A stretch of 57,338 bases of DNA, counting the filler, from Streblomastix strix (lineage: Eukaryota), in NCBI GenBank assembly GCA_008636045.1. It is 3 parts of 3 records of this genome, joined end to end, with 100 filler letters (N's around TTAATTAATTAA, not from the genome) between each part and the next. Parts side by side here need not be neighbours in the genome. Positions count along the whole stretch, not along the records: positions 19,153 to 38,197 come from SNRW01000551.1; 2 more parts are not named here. One strand, given 5' to 3'. This document shows positions 22,970 to 38,197 of the stretch, one piece after another (positions within the stretch are counted from its first letter, which is position 1; each line of letters opens with the position of its first letter). The notes under the pieces were generated by a model. That model searched no databases, was not told the DNA's origin, and saw only the letters and a program-made list of their open reading frames with translations. The translations under genes and the position numbers were made by a program.

Positions 22970-25310
22970 TCAATTCTTATCGTTTAATTTATCCAATTCC
23001 ATTTGTATTATTTCCTTGGACATGTCATCATAATCAATAGATACATCTGATTTCTTCACTTTATTAGTACATTTTCCCGATTCCGATTCAAACTTCACAA
23101 CAACTCCTCCAGATTCTTCAGATTAACTTGCATAGAACATTCCATCAATTACTTCATAGTTAAGGTATTTTTAGAAATTGTTCAATTTTAATTTTTTCAC
23201 ATTGACATTTAGTTTATCAATGTCATATTCCAGTACGACCTATTTCAAGTTCTCTGGCACATTGAATTATAGAAAGTCAATCATTTAATGCAAGGTGTTG
23301 ATTCCTGAGCATGGCAATGACAATTGTATTAAGTTGGCATACAGGCCAAAAATGGAATCAATATCTGATTTGCCATGTTAAGACTCAAAGTAGTGCAATG
23401 CGAAATGAAAAGTTTAACTTATATGTAAATTAAATATATTAATAGATATTATTATTATCAATATAAGTATTATTTTACTCAATATATTTTTAATTATATT
23501 ATACTTATCCTTTCTTTTCAATCCAGACAATGTTGATTATCCAAACTCTTTGGACTTAAAACAGCTTCCTCCATCGCTCCACCAGTTGATTTTTTTCATT
23601 GATACAAATTCGTCCCGTTCAAGGATTGACTGAAGACAATGAAGCACCACTTATAAAGTATGGGTCAGAACTCTGGAGAGAATCGTATAAACTCTTTTGA
23701 TGACCCCAAGTATAGATCCAAAGAAAGCTACAAAAGATAAACAGGAAATTGGACATCTATGGAAGAGTTGAAAGCTTTATTAATCATGATAAATACCTAA
23801 ATCCCAATTTTGCTTGTAATCTCCAACTAATACGGCCTCACCAGGTTTAACTTCTTTTTTCATTTTGTTATACTTTTCTCTCTATTTTTTCTATCTCTTT
23901 TGATGTTTATACCACTCTTTCAGAAGTTATTTTTCCTTTTCAGGTACCTGATCAAATGTCATTTTCTTCATTTGCATCTTTTGAAATATTTTATTTGCTA
24001 AGAAATAACTAGAACATAGATCTGTACGCTACGTAGGATAAACAATATTCCTTAAGATCTTGTAAAAGAAGGTTTTTGAAATTGAAATAAATGGAAATAT
24101 GGATTTTATAATATTACATATCTTATTTTTTGAATAATAGCAGATCTTCTTCTATTCAATGAGCTGAAATTAGCCTCTTAATCTTGTGTGAAGTAAAGTG
24201 CGCAGGGAGATCTTATCAGCATCACCTTGTTGGATCTATTTCAGAATCTCTGGAATATTATCTCGATCAACCAGTATGGATTTGATTTATTAAAATCTAT
24301 TATTTCTTTCATATTTCTTCATCAATTTTAAAATATTAATCATACTTAGAATTATAAAGAGATTAATTAAATTATTTCAATTTCAAATCTTATTAATCTC
24401 TTTCTTATTATTTAAGAATTTTTTCTGGAGAAATGAAAAGAGGAGTCGTTGGTGATGATAATGATGGAACTTGTATATTGATTATTCTTTGTGTAATGAT
24501 TGGTGTTGAAATATAATTATTTTATTTCATTTATTGTGATTTCAAAAATTATTCTTTTTTAATTTCAGTACATAACTCTCTATTCCTTTATATTTGTTTT
24601 CTGTTTCCATAGTCAGTCTCAATGTCTACAGGTTACGATAATTTTTTAGTTAGACTTTATTTTCCCAAATCAGTCAAGAAAAGATCATGGAAATAAGTCA
24701 AAAAATCGCTGATTTCAACTCCAGAAAAATCTGATTTAGGGAATTTGAATGTTATATTAAGTTATTTTAAATATATTGATAATATTAATTAATACTAAAA
24801 CACTAATAATTTTATATTTATACCTTCGATTACAATAACATCATCCTTGCCTTCAAAAATTTTTACTTTAGATTTATATTTAAAAAAAATTTAAAATAAA
24901 TAACATAATTAAAATTTTCAAACCGTTTCTTTTTTAGTTTAAACATGTATCTGTTGAAATCATTAAAATAACACTGTAGATTATAGCAAGATCCAAGGCT
25001 AATGGACCTTATAGCTCAAAAGCGATTGGGCGAAGCTCTTCAGTTCGAATAACAATAGGGTCGCTGCTTCGTTTCTTTGCAGTTTTAAATTTGGAAGGTG
25101 ATAATTTATAATCGTTTTGCCTGTTCCAATCTGCAAATTCAAATTCAGAGCAAAAAATTGTTTTGAATGATGAAACAAAACCTGGATCTAATTTTTTTTT
25201 AAATTACGATGCATTCTGAAGAATATGCTAAAATTGGTCTTTATTAATATTTAATTGAATTTTTGGTTTAAAAGTTTGAAGTTAATCTGAATTAATTTGG
25301 TCTTTTCCAT
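22970..25310 (-). CDS. Sola2-type DDD transposase, intron-containing
   Basis: AVLVGDYKQNW (D1), WWSDGGSCFKSK (D2), YFESQHGKSDIDSIFG (D3). The catalytic core reads open with TAA/TAG=Q; intron at ~23414-23503 and others 5'. Confidence 0.8.
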
Positions 25311-27970
25311 ATAAAATATTTTAAAATATGTTATTAGGACAAAATTTTAAGCTTGATATCTAGAGCTAAACTGCAAAAATACGAATAGAAAACTATGTTT
25401 TAGAAAATAATTTAAGGATTATTTAAATGTAATGGCTATGCCTAGCGATTATCGTAAAAAAAAGGCTCATTTTTAAAATTTTAATTATAATAATTATTAA
25501 TATTTTAAATTTTAAAATTTTAATTGTAAAAATAATTTATATTTTAATTTTTTTTATTAACTATTTTGCTCTTAGAATTACCTCTAAAATTAACGATGAT
25601 AGTTGATATGAAGATGTTTATGATGGAGAATTGTTAAACACGAATGAAATTTCTTAAAATATAGATTGATTTTATATCATTTTAATTACACATTGACTGT
25701 AGTTTTCTTTCATGAGAACAAGGAGAGTTTGAAGTCAAGTTTCAATTTAATATTATTATTAAGTTAATTAAGATTTTCCAATCAAATGTCTATTGAAAGA
25801 TGATATTTGCAAAATTCATAATTTCTTCATTCTTTATCTATTTATATGAATTGAGGAATATTTACTTAAATTGCAATTGAAATTATCAAATTAATAATTT
25901 GAAGCAATCGTACATATATTTTGAGTCCTTGTTTTAACAATAACTTATATAATTAACTATGAATTAATTTAATTAATCCTAAAATTTTATTAACTTATCA
26001 AAGATAGAATTGTGACTGCGATATGTTAATAGATGACTCTCATCATTATTCTTCTTTTTAATACAAATCTTAAGTTTTCAGCGAAATCTGATAAAATTAT
26101 GCATTAGTTCGAATTAAAATTATTTTAAAGTTTTTTTAAATTATTTCCTTTAAATAATTTAATCAATTTTATTTTGTTATGCTGTAATTATTTAATCTGA
26201 TTATTATTCTGATTAATGCTAAATGTATTCCAAAATTCAAAATTTGTTTAAAAATTTAATTTGACTAAAAATTTCTAAAAATAATTATATATATTTACTA
26301 TAATTTATGAATAATATAACTTTATTAAATATTATTTCAGGATCTCATTTAATTATTGCTGAATAAGAAATTTAATGAAATAATTTATAATTTAAATAAA
26401 AATTATATTTATGAATAAATAACACTTTAATTGATCTTGAATAATTATTTAATTACATTTAAACATGCAAATTTATAAAATATTCTTTACGCGAAGTTAT
26501 TTAAAATTAACTATTTTGAGAAATAGTTAAAGCTAACCTTTTATTTTTAAAATTTAAAAAAATTATTTTTATTTAAAAATTAAATTTCTTAAATAATTGT
26601 TTAGAAATTATTTAAAATTTCTATAATTTTTTAAATTTTTCTAAAAGAATATTTTCTTCCGGAAATTTAAATCGATAATTTTTTTGCTTACGTGATTTAT
26701 ATATATTTTAAGCTATTTTAGTAAAAAATATTGAAAAAAATTTAATTTTTAATTTTTTTCTAACAATTCTTTTTATTTTAGACATAAACATGTAATACAA
26801 TTTATAAATAATTGTATTTGCCTTAATCGTTGTCTTATTCGTTTTCTCAATCATTGTCTTTATTGTTCTCTTAATTGTTGCATTAAAATTACTAATATAT
26901 GAAAATAAATAGGTAAATTTTTGTAATGATTTTAGTACTTGGTTTAATTTTTTATTTTTTAAAAACGAACTTTAAGTCTTTATTTTAAATATTTAATTAT
27001 TAAATGAATAATCACAAATAAATTATAATATTTTGAAAAGAAAAGTTATTCTTTTTTAATTCTATTTGTTTTGTTAAATTAAAAAAAAATAAATTAATTT
27101 ATTTATTTTAAGTGATAATAATCTTTTTTGAAACATGAAAAGTTTGAAAACGTAAACTTTTGAATTTTAATAAAAAATTTTAATTAAATATCTTGTATTT
27201 AACTTTTAAGAAAGTGTATCAAGTACTATTATATTTATTTTGTTATAATATAAAAAAAATTTTGGAATTAAAAAATTGTAAGATTTTTTTTAAAAAAAAG
27301 TGTTTATACCATGCATGAAAATTAAAATTTTTTCAAACTATCATTATTACTTTCTCGGTAAAAATAAAAAGTTCCTTGCAATTAAATAAGAATGGTAGAG
27401 GTAAGTTCAAAGAACATCAGTTTAAATATCTGCTATCCAACAGCACGCCAGTAATCTGCGTGAGTCTCATCAGATGTGTCTATACTAATTTTATTATTTT
27501 GAAATATTTTAAATAATTTAATATAATCTGCAAAGTAAAAACTCAATTCAACTGTAATTTTAATGAAGAACTTTTAAAATAAAAGAGTTTTAGGCTACTG
27601 AATAATATTTTATTAACAATTCAAAAAAAAAATCTACCAGACATTTAAATGGCTTAAAGGAAAAAGTATTATTTTTAATCATTTTTCAAGTTAATGATTA
27701 ATAAAGCTTCTGAAACTAAAAAAATTAAAGCGAGTTTTCTAAATGAAAAAAATATAAGCATCTATATATTACAATCGTAATTAATATTATTAAGATAAAT
27801 TAAAAAAAACTAAAGAAAGAAAAAAACAAAATAAAATAAAAGAAGATAAATGCATTATAAGTAAAGAATAAGATATAACCAATTAAAAATAAAATAAAAA
27901 GTCAACAAAAAGGTGAAAATAAAGATAATGATGCACTTTACCCTTAAAGCCCCATAACACCACTTGAAAA

Positions 27971-28048
27971 ATGCGTGCCAAGTGGAGGAAGAAGAGAATG
28001 CGGCGTCTCAAGCGTGCTCGTCGTAAGTTAAGAAATAAGAGTAAGTGA
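27971..28048 (+). CDS. RPL41: Ribosomal protein L41 (eL41)
   Basis: MRAKWRKKRMRRLKRARRKLRNKSK*; below the ORF-track size cutoff. Confidence 0.97.
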   Translation: MRAKWRKKRMRRLKRARRKLRNKSK

Positions 28049-28278
28049 AAATGGCAATAATTATTATGGGGATGCGCAGCATCGGCCGATTTGAAGAGCG
28101 AAAGACTTTTGCATTCCCACGAGCTGTATTCGCCAGCGTCATCATAAATTCACTTCCCAAGTCACTGTTCGTGTTCTAAATAAATAGTCCATGATATATC
28201 TATTATTAGATATGACATGTGCAATGATTTATAATAATTTTAATTTGGTGAGCATTTTTTTTGATAGCTTTAAAAATT

Positions 28279-29564
28279 ATGAGTAAATAGAGTGATATTG
28301 TGGATAACTAGAGCAATAACAGTACTGAAAATCGATCAAAAATGATGCAGCGACATAAGCTCGAGCGGAGGGCATGCATTCATTCACAAAATTGATTTTT
28401 TCGATGTAACATTACATGTTTTATAGGATCTTGAAAAATAAATTAAAAACATTGATAAAAAACTGCCTAAAACAAAAAGATAGGAGATTGCTTAGACGAT
28501 GACTGCCGAGCTGGAGAACAGATAAAAAGAAGAATTGAGTAAAATCGAAATTTCCATTAAAGATGATGATTTAAAGCCTGAAATTAACATATAATATCGA
28601 TAAGGACCCTCTAAAGCACAAAGACGAAGGGTTTATAAATATAATTTTATTATTTTAGCCGTATAACACATTCTTAATTTTTCTTTTACTGTCCTTTCTT
28701 AATTTATTAGGAAAAATTATAAAAATAAGAGGAGGAGTAAGATAATTTGATTGTTGAATAAAGTAAGCATCGTTCTGAATACGAGCTAGAAGTTGAGCGT
28801 GAATTGGATTAAATAAATTAAAATCTGTGCATTGCTAATCTTCAATTGATAAACATTAAAGCAGATGGAAACTGCCTTTTCAGATCGCTCATATATTAAA
28901 TTCGACAACTAAGTAGAAGTATTGATATTTTTTAGAGATGGATGAAGAAAATCCCACAATTTAATTTTAATTACCAGAATGAAGATAAAGAAGATGAGAT
29001 AATTTGGAAACTGCGCAAAGCCACATCTGAATATTTGAAGAAAAATAGGGCTGAATATGAAGGGTTTATTTACTCACTTGATACTAACGCTTTTGATAGT
29101 AAAGAAGAAGGTGTCGATTAATTCGATGATTATTGTAATAAACTTGCGGAAACACCGATGTATACTGGACAATTAGAAGTAAGTATTTTAGCAAAACTGC
29201 TTAATACAAATGTATGCTGTTAATTGTTCATTTGATTATATTTACATTATTTGCTATTAACATCTGTTATTAATCCATCTTTCAATATTATTATTATATA
29301 AAGATCATAGTACATTAAGCCAGCCCAACTCCACTGGTTTTTGAAGGACATACAAATAGTTAAATTAATTCGGAAGATGATAAGAAATAAAAGGACAAAG
29401 AGTAAGTACCAATACCAACATTGCACATAACGTATGAATTTAATAATTTATTATTTTATGCATATATCATAATTTCTATTATCATTATTTTAAAATAATA
29501 CAGATTCCACGAATTGCTTTACTCTTAAGGAGGGCATTTTAATTCTACTGCTCTGATTGAATGA
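28279..29564 (+). CDS. OTU-domain deubiquitinase (OTUD6/Otu2-like), multi-exon
   Basis: N-terminal MMQRHKLERR and GPSKAQRRR; Cys box IKADGNCLFRSL; YTGQLEV; His box GGHFNS. Confidence 0.88.
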
Positions 29565-29867
29565 AGCATATAATTAACAAATAAAATAAATTGCATTATT
29601 AATTTTGGTTGAAATATAATTTTATTCTTTCAAAACTATGTAATAAATAACAAAAAAATTATTGAATGAAATAAGATGAAGTGATAATGAATAAATAAAT
29701 AATAGTATATACAAATAAACAACTTATAAAACATAGAAATTATATCAAGACAAATAAATAAATTAATTAAAATTAACGGATAATGAATACTTTTTCTTTT
29801 ATTTCATTTATTTCTATTCTAAATTATCAGTTCAATAATATTGATATTAATAATGTGCACATATTCC

Positions 29868-32800
29868 TCATTCCACTTTCGTCAATCTAACAGCACTCTC
29901 TCCAAAGTTCAGAAGAAGACCAACAACTTTTTAAAGACCACTTGCATCATCAATCTGTGAAAAATAAACAATAACAAAGAAGAAGAAAATAATAGAAAAG
30001 AATTAATTAGAAGTACAAACCATCAAAGGCATTGCTAGCATTCTTAATGTATCTCTCTACATTTGACCAATATTCAGCTTTTACTGAATCAAAGATTTTT
30101 CATTCTATTTTTATTCAGCAATTTATTTCTTCTTTTTATTCTTCTCCTTTTCTTTCTTAATTCTTATTTCACTTTCTTCATCTGAATCCAATTCTGAATC
30201 ATCATCATCTTCATCATCATCATCTTCATCTGAATCACTCAATTCAGAATCTTCATCTTCTCTTTCTTTCAATTTCTGATCCCATTGTTCATTCATAGTA
30301 ATAATTGATTCATTCGCTCCATCAACAGCTGATCCAAGTGTTGTTTATATATCAAGTTGCACTTATGACAGTTCTTAGAACTCTTTTTATAGGGATATAA
30401 GATCTTTGCGTTGAATTTTGGCCTATAATTGGAATATTGATTGATATTAATGATTAATATATAATAATTAAAAATAAATGTAATTAAGATGTAATAAGAT
30501 GAATTAATTATAATATTCTTTATTAATAGTCATACTTGAGCATGCAATTAGAATAATAGTGATTTACCTTCTCCTTCTTCTTCAATCAATTATGCTATTC
30601 TCTTTTCTTAATCTTAATGTCTTCTTTTACTCTATTAATAAGTAATTAAATAAAGAAGAGTGCATTATAAAAAAATATAAAGAAAGGAACCTATTACAGA
30701 AATTTATCATTACTATTCTTTCAATATATTTATTTACCTTTCCAATCTTATCATTTAATTGCATAATTGCTTATGTTGAATACTTCATTTTTTACATAAT
30801 TTGATTGGCTATTTATTTCTATGAAGGTTAAATAATAGAACCTTAACATAGGTGGGCATATAAATTTGTAAAGAAATGAAAAAGAGAATAATTAAATGAA
30901 AAATAAATTAATCAATAAATCTTATATCTTTATACCTGTTTTCTTTGCATATTTCTCCCTTGCTTTTAACATGGTATGTTTAAGTGCTAAATATTTATAA
31001 ATAAACAGGAAGATTATTAAAAATAATAATAAAGTGTTTTAATCAAATTTCTTATATTTCCTTTATTTATTCTATTTTCAATTCTCATCCATACATTCAA
31101 TATTCTTCTTCATCATATTAATACTGATCATATTACTATCTTATTCATATTCATTCTCATTCATGTTTCTATTCTTATTTAATGATGCATTTTTAGTCAT
31201 AATCATTTAATTATATTCATTTATACTGATATTTTCTACAATAGTCCTCTTAATTTCTTCACTGAATTCTTTATTTTGTTATTAAATGACTGATCTTATA
31301 GTAAATAGTGACTATTCAACCTATTAATATAGTAAATAAATGAAAGAAATTAAAATAATAAAATGTTATAAATGGATTCAACTTATTTTTCATATTAAAA
31401 TCATTCAAAAAATATTTATTAATCTTTTCACATACTTTCATTGCTTCTTTCATTCCAATGTCTTCCCATTAATTAAATGATTTTTCTAGGTTGTTAAAAT
31501 ATATTATTAATTCATTTGAATCATTAGATCCTTGTTATTTAATCAATTATTCTCTTGCTAGACAGTTACTAAGACTAATTTTGAATCTAATAAAACATAA
31601 ATATTATTAATCATTATATAAAATATATAAATATAAAGAAATAGTATATAAATTACTCACATTTTAATATATATAATATTTACTTAAGTATTAACCTTAC
31701 TAATTTTCTAATTCTTAAAATATCTTTTCTTTATTTCTTCTAAATCAGATTCAAATTACCAGCAAATAAATTAGAATTCTATTTCTCCTATTTCTTTATC
31801 TTATTCTTAATTCTCTTATCAGGAGATATATTAGTATGATGAAATGGAGACTGATTTATAATATATTATTATTATTATTACTATTAATGCATATTAGGAG
31901 AGAATATGATGTGCGAATGTATTGGAGTAGTGTTTAATGGAGAAGATGGATATGGAGATATGAAGGATGAATGTTAAGGAGATTATAAATATAAGGATGA
32001 TGAATATGGATTAGTATATTATACTGATTATTATACTGATTATGTTATTGATAGAGAGGTTATAGATGATGAAGATGTTTATGACGATGAAGTGAATGGT
32101 TATTATCTGTTAAACTATTTTATTTGTTCATCTTCATCTTAATTTTCAAGTAATTTATTATCATCATCTTCACTTCCAGACTCTTCTTCATCCTAATCAT
32201 CATCTTATATCTCTTTTAATTCTCTTTCTAATTTATTCATATCTTTACCTATTATATTAGTCATCCATTATTGTCTGTATTATATCTATTATCTATATTA
32301 TTATATATCTAATTGTTGTTTTAGTTCTTTTTCTTTCTCTTTTTCTATTTATTATTATTAAATAACTTATTATGGAGTTGGAATGCGAATCCTTGTATAC
32401 AAAGATTAATTGTGATGGTTTAAAATGAAATAAACTTTATTTTTCATTCTTATATATTTATTTTTCTATTAATTATTATTTTATTACTAATCTTATTCAC
32501 TTTCATTACTATCATCTAAATCACTTTATGTTTCACTTTCACTTTTATTTACTTCTTCTTTATAATTATTATCATTATTATCATTCTTCTTCTTTTTCTA
32601 CTTCTTTTTTCCTTGTTTCCACTCATCCTCTATTTTCATAATAACATCTTCTATTTAATTATTATCATTACTTACTTACTGTTAGTCTTATTATTTAATT
32701 TACTTAATATATTCTTATACTACTTACCTTTCACTTTTATCATTATTTTCAATTTAGTCTTTTCCTTTCATTTAATCCTTAATTCTTAAAGACCTTGAAC

Positions 32801-33337
32801 TTCTCTTCTCATTATAATCATCAATATCCTAATCTTCATCTTTATCCTTCTTACTCTTCCTGCTCCTATTTGAAGATCTATCTGATAGTTATTTGGATGA
32901 TTTAATTGATTTATGAGATTTATATGAACGAGAAGAATTTGGAGTAGTCTGTAATGATTGTTGTTTATTTGGTTAATTTTATTATTATTATTATTTTTCA
33001 TATTCTTTTAATAATTTTAATTCCTTCTATTATTCATTTTCTTATTTATTATTCATCTCTTATTCTGAATCCGAGTCTTATTCCAATTCCAACATCTTCT
33101 TTCTCATCTATTCTTTTTCTTCTTCTATTTTCCTTTATTATTCTTTTATTCTTTCTTTCTCCTAATCATATTCTTATATCTTCTTCATTTACTCTTATCT
33201 TTATATCTCCTTTTCTTTCTCTTATTATTTATCCCTTTCTTTCTATTCTTATTTTTCTTTCTTCTTTCTTTTCTATTCTTCAATCTACTTCTGGAATTCT
33301 TGTTATTATCTGGATTTTATTTTATTAAGATAAAATA

Positions 33338-33424
<87 letters not shown>

Positions 33425-36185
33425 ATATAAATTAGTTAAATTATTATATATAATGTTAATTTCTTATTTTATATTGATAATACCTCTAAAGCTCATCCTA
33501 TTATTTTGCTAACTCATCCTTCTCTCTTAACATTTATTTCTCCATCTCCAAGGCCTACTATTATAATATAGATTATTGTTATGATTATCTTTATTATTAT
33601 TATAATTATGGGGACATCTGTTATTATTATTATTATACAGAAGATGCATATAATAATGCATTTGGAGGAGGAGATGACTAAGTAAGTGGAATATAAGATT
33701 ATTATTATTATTATTATGAAGATGAAGGTAATGATTTAGATTATTATTATTATTATATGGATTGTGTTGTAGATCTAATTGGTGTTAATGATGGAGATGG
33801 TTAATCATTTGATTATCTTAATTGTTATTTCTTTATTTTAGGTGATAATGGTAATTATTATTATTTATTTGATCTTTATGAAAGAGATGTTGTTTAAGAA
33901 GGAGAAGGAGATGTGGATTTTGGAATTGATTAGGATTAATTCATATTATATCTGTTACTCGATTTCTATTCTTTCAATTTATTATTTTCTTATTCTAATT
34001 CTTATTCCTATTGTTTCAATAATACTTTCTCTTTATCTTATTTTCTTTTCTCCTTTTCTTATCTTCTTTTCTATTTCTCTTATTCTTTCTCTTATTTCCT
34101 CAATTCTCTCAATTCTTCTCTTTCTTATTTCTTCCTTTCTTTCTCTTATTGTTATTCTTCCTTCTTTTATTCCCATTCTTCTTATTCTTTCTTCATTTTC
34201 ATCTTTATTTTATCAATTTCACTCATTTCCTGTTCTTTCTTCTTCTTAATCTATTCTTCTCTTTTCTACTTAATTTCTTTCTTTCTTTATTCTTTCTCTT
34301 ATTATTTGTCTTATTTCATATCACTCTCATTCTTATCATATGATCCATTCATATTGATCTTTGGTATAATAAATGACTATATCCATGCTTCTTTTTGTGT
34401 TTATTATTCTTTTTCTTATTCATTATTATTATCCTTATCCTATTTATTATCTTATTTATTATCTTTATCTTTAAGTTTCCCTCTGGATCTTCCTTTATTC
34501 TTTAATTTCTCTTATAACCACTTTTCTTCTTCTTCTAATTTTTATTTGATTTCCAATGTTCTTTATTATTTCAGTCTTTCAAGTTCATTCATTTATTATT
34601 ATTTATCACCATCTTCATCATCATCTTTATCTTCATCTTCATCTTCATCTTCTTTATCATCTTCATTATCATTCTTATTCATATTCTTTTATTTTCTCCT
34701 ATTTTTATTCAATTAATTCATCTATTTAAAATAATCATATGGAATTGGTTAGAGAGGAGGAGGAATAAAGTATGAATCTAATTTACTCAAATCAGAAACA
34801 AAAAGAAGATTGGTCTGTTTTGGAATAATAAATAAATACAAATGAACATATAAAATGAATAAATAAAGGAGAATAATAATAATAAGATATATTTATTCAT
34901 ACAAATATTTCTTTTTCTTTCTTTCTTTCTCTTTCAATAACCATCTTTCTTTATTCTTCTTCCTATTTCTTCTATTCTTCATTTCCTTCTTCATCTTCAT
35001 CATCATAATCCATATCATCATCTTCATCATCATATATATCTAAAACTATCTATTTATCTCTATCAATATTCAAGAATGTAATAATAGCCATCCTTTATGA
35101 ATAGAAGAATGCATTCTTCAATATCTGTGTTAGAGATGTGCTACTCCATGTTAATAGAGATGCACATCGACCTATTAGAGATATTAATAATATAATATTA
35201 ATAACACAATATTCAACATAAAGTTATTTTCAATCTTATTTCTTTATCATTGATACAATCATATTTTCATATACATATATAATAACATACCTGTTAAGCA
35301 TCCACATAATTCGTCCAATGTTTTTCTTGCTCTATAAATCCATTCTACTTCTTTATTAGCTTATGACTGTATATATGGTTATTATTATTATTATATAGAT
35401 GAATTATTAGTATGTAATTGAGGAGATCTATAAGTTGGAGATTGAGAATGAAAATATGATTAAGGAGGAGAGAACTATAATAATAATAATTGTTGATCTT
35501 AATTCATGTTTGTATCTTAATTCTTCTACTTCTGTTTCTATCTCATGAATGGAGACTATGAAAATTTGAATGATGATTAATAATTAGATTGAAGCCTATT
35601 AGGTGATAATGATTATGCCCTGGATTATTATGATTAATTCATTTTATTTGTATTTGTTTTCTAATCAACATCTTTTTCTCTTCCTCTTTAACTCACTCTT
35701 AATAATTTGGTATTTGCATTCTAATTGATATTTATAGTATTACTGTACATCTAAGTATTCAATTTCTCACTGTTTTACATAATTGAAGAGTTAACTTGGA
35801 ATTATTCATCTGGAAGATCAGCTATAAGTATAGCTTCAAAACATATATCACTATTTCTTTATATTTCATTCTATTATTAATTAGTCTATTTGTTAGATGC
35901 TATTTGTGATTATTATGTGGTTTGAGTAGTATATGTATTATTATATCCATCTTTCTACATTTCTGTTCCTCCACTGTTTCCAATTGTTAGATTTAATCCT
36001 TTATATGTCATACTCTATTAATTTATAGTTTGTTATTGACTATTTATATTCAAAGTACTGTTATTGGTTACTAATTGTTAATAATATGATGGTTGAGGTG
36101 GAATGAAATGAATTAATGGATCATTTGACCTGAAAGATATTCGTATTACAATGTGAGATCGAAGATAACTATAAAGATGGGATAT

Positions 36186-36284
<99 letters not shown>

Positions 36285-36307
36285 TATTATTATTATTAGA
36301 ATAATTA

Positions 36308-36380
<73 letters not shown>

Positions 36381-36400
36381 TATTATTATTAGAATAATTA

Positions 36401-36462
<62 letters not shown>

Positions 36463-36567
36463 GTAACAATAATAATAATAAAAATAATTATTATAATAAT
36501 AATTTTAATAATTTTAATAATTTTAATAATAATAATAATAGTTTTAATAATAAAAATAATAATTGTT

Positions 36568-36615
<48 letters not shown>

Positions 36616-36642
36616 GTTTTAATAATAAAAATAATAATTGTT

Positions 36643-36675
<33 letters not shown>

Positions 36676-38020
36676 TAAGCAATAATTAATTATTCATTTA
36701 TAAGCTGTTCAATATATTGTTCAATCATACTCATTTCTAACAGGTATATGCGAAAGACATTCATCCAACAATTATTCCAATTCAATAATTGAAGTGAAAG
36801 TATGTTCAGATAATCCAATAATTGGTATTAATGATTGAGGAATAGTATATATAGAAGATTATTATTTTGAAGGAGATTATGAATTGATTTAAGTTGAATG
36901 AAATGGATTTTGTTATGATAAAGTTGTAGGTAATGGAGAAGATAAACTTCTATTATGACTAAATTGATTAGGTGAATATGTTTATAACTATTATTACAAT
37001 ATAAATTACTATTATTACATAGTTTATTACAATTACTATTACTATTATTATATCTCATTCACTCGAGCTCTAACAGCTGCATTGTGCTATTTAGGAGTCA
37101 TATTCAATAGTGATTATATTTCCTATTTATTAGATTATGACTATGATTGCATTGAAGGAGAAGGATATATAGGAATAGTTTGATATGAAGATTAATATTA
37201 GTTACTATCTTTATCATTCATCCTCTTTATCTATACAGGAACTTGAGTGAATAGATCTATTAATTTATTATTGTATATATGATATGCACTTAGTATGAAC
37301 TTGGTTCCTTATTAATGTGAAGGTGATGAAGATTATATAGTTTTTGATGGAGATTGAGTTCTAGATGATAATTGTGGATGAGGTGATTACAAGGTTTATT
37401 ATTATTATTGGAATACTCGAAATGAAGAAGCAGATGCTATCAGCTTTTCCATAATAAATGCAATTGCTCCTACATAATAATATAGGATAAAATACAATAG
37501 AAAGATAGAAATATATACATGTTTATTGTATAATTATTATATAAGTTATATATTTTATATTTAAATCAACCTTTGTTTCCGATATTTTCTTCATCGTTTC
37601 TCTCAACTATTCCAACTCATGATTTAACATAGGGAGATGAAAATGGGTTTTGGATTGATCCAGTAAGCATATCAGGTAACACATCTCGAATGAATTTCTT
37701 TTACTATGTATTATTATAATTATTTTATTAGGAATTAATTTGTTAATTTAATTTATTTGAAGCTAATAAATTATTAGTATTAGTGGGTGTTACAAGTATT
37801 TAAAACTCATTTTTTTAATCTTACACTTGTAAATTAGACTTCAATTATCTTTCATTTGTGTCTTGTGATATAAAGTTTCGATTAAACAACCATTTGAACC
37901 CATCTTTAGATTATGCACATATAAGAGTTGATGAAACTCCTGACAGAAATGATGAAATGAATGGATGAAGTAGATCTAAAAATGAGGACAGTTAGCTTGT
38001 TTCAGGCCGATAGATATGCC
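29868..38020 (-). CDS. Very large Gln-rich/coiled-coil multi-exon hypothetical protein, 5' end missing or unresolved
   Basis: Long minus-strand exons open only with TAA/TAG=Q; GT-AG introns; last exon IDDASGLQKVVGLLLNFGESAVRLTKVE*. Could be more than one gene. Confidence 0.6.
33338..33425. repeat. (TAAA)n microsatellite, intronic
   Basis: Direct reading. Confidence 0.95.
36187..36680. repeat. (AAT)n compound microsatellite, intronic
   Basis: Long AAT runs with repeated interruptions inside the ~36130-36730 intron. Confidence 0.95.
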
Positions 38021-38197
38021 TAAGTATAATTAAAAGGGAGGAAATGAATATTAAATATAAAATATTTTACTTATATAATAATTGTACAATAAACATGTAT
38101 ATATTTCTATCTTTCTATTGTATTTTATCCTATATTAATATGTAGGAGCAATTGCATTTATTATGGAAAAGCTGATAGCATCAGCATCTTCATTTCG

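Larger units (their letters stand above)
21617..25468. mobile_element. Sola2-type DNA transposon, ~3.85 kb, ~135-bp imperfect TIRs
   Basis: 21617-21752 is an inverted copy of 25333-25468. Ends GGG.../...CTC fit the GRG/CYC termini described for Sola2. Encloses a DDD transposase. Flanking 4-mers (AGAT/ATTT) are not an exact TSD. Confidence 0.8.

Noticed and set aside
25470..27950. Long AT-rich stretch with a few coding-like patches
   Set aside because: No sustained frame or recognisable motif in either code.
37418..38197. ~150-bp inverted duplication (37418-37566 vs ~38049-38197)
   Set aside because: It sits at the contig end and copies an exon/intron piece, typical of an amplification chimera or misassembly. 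A few mismatches leave a real duplication possible but unsupported.
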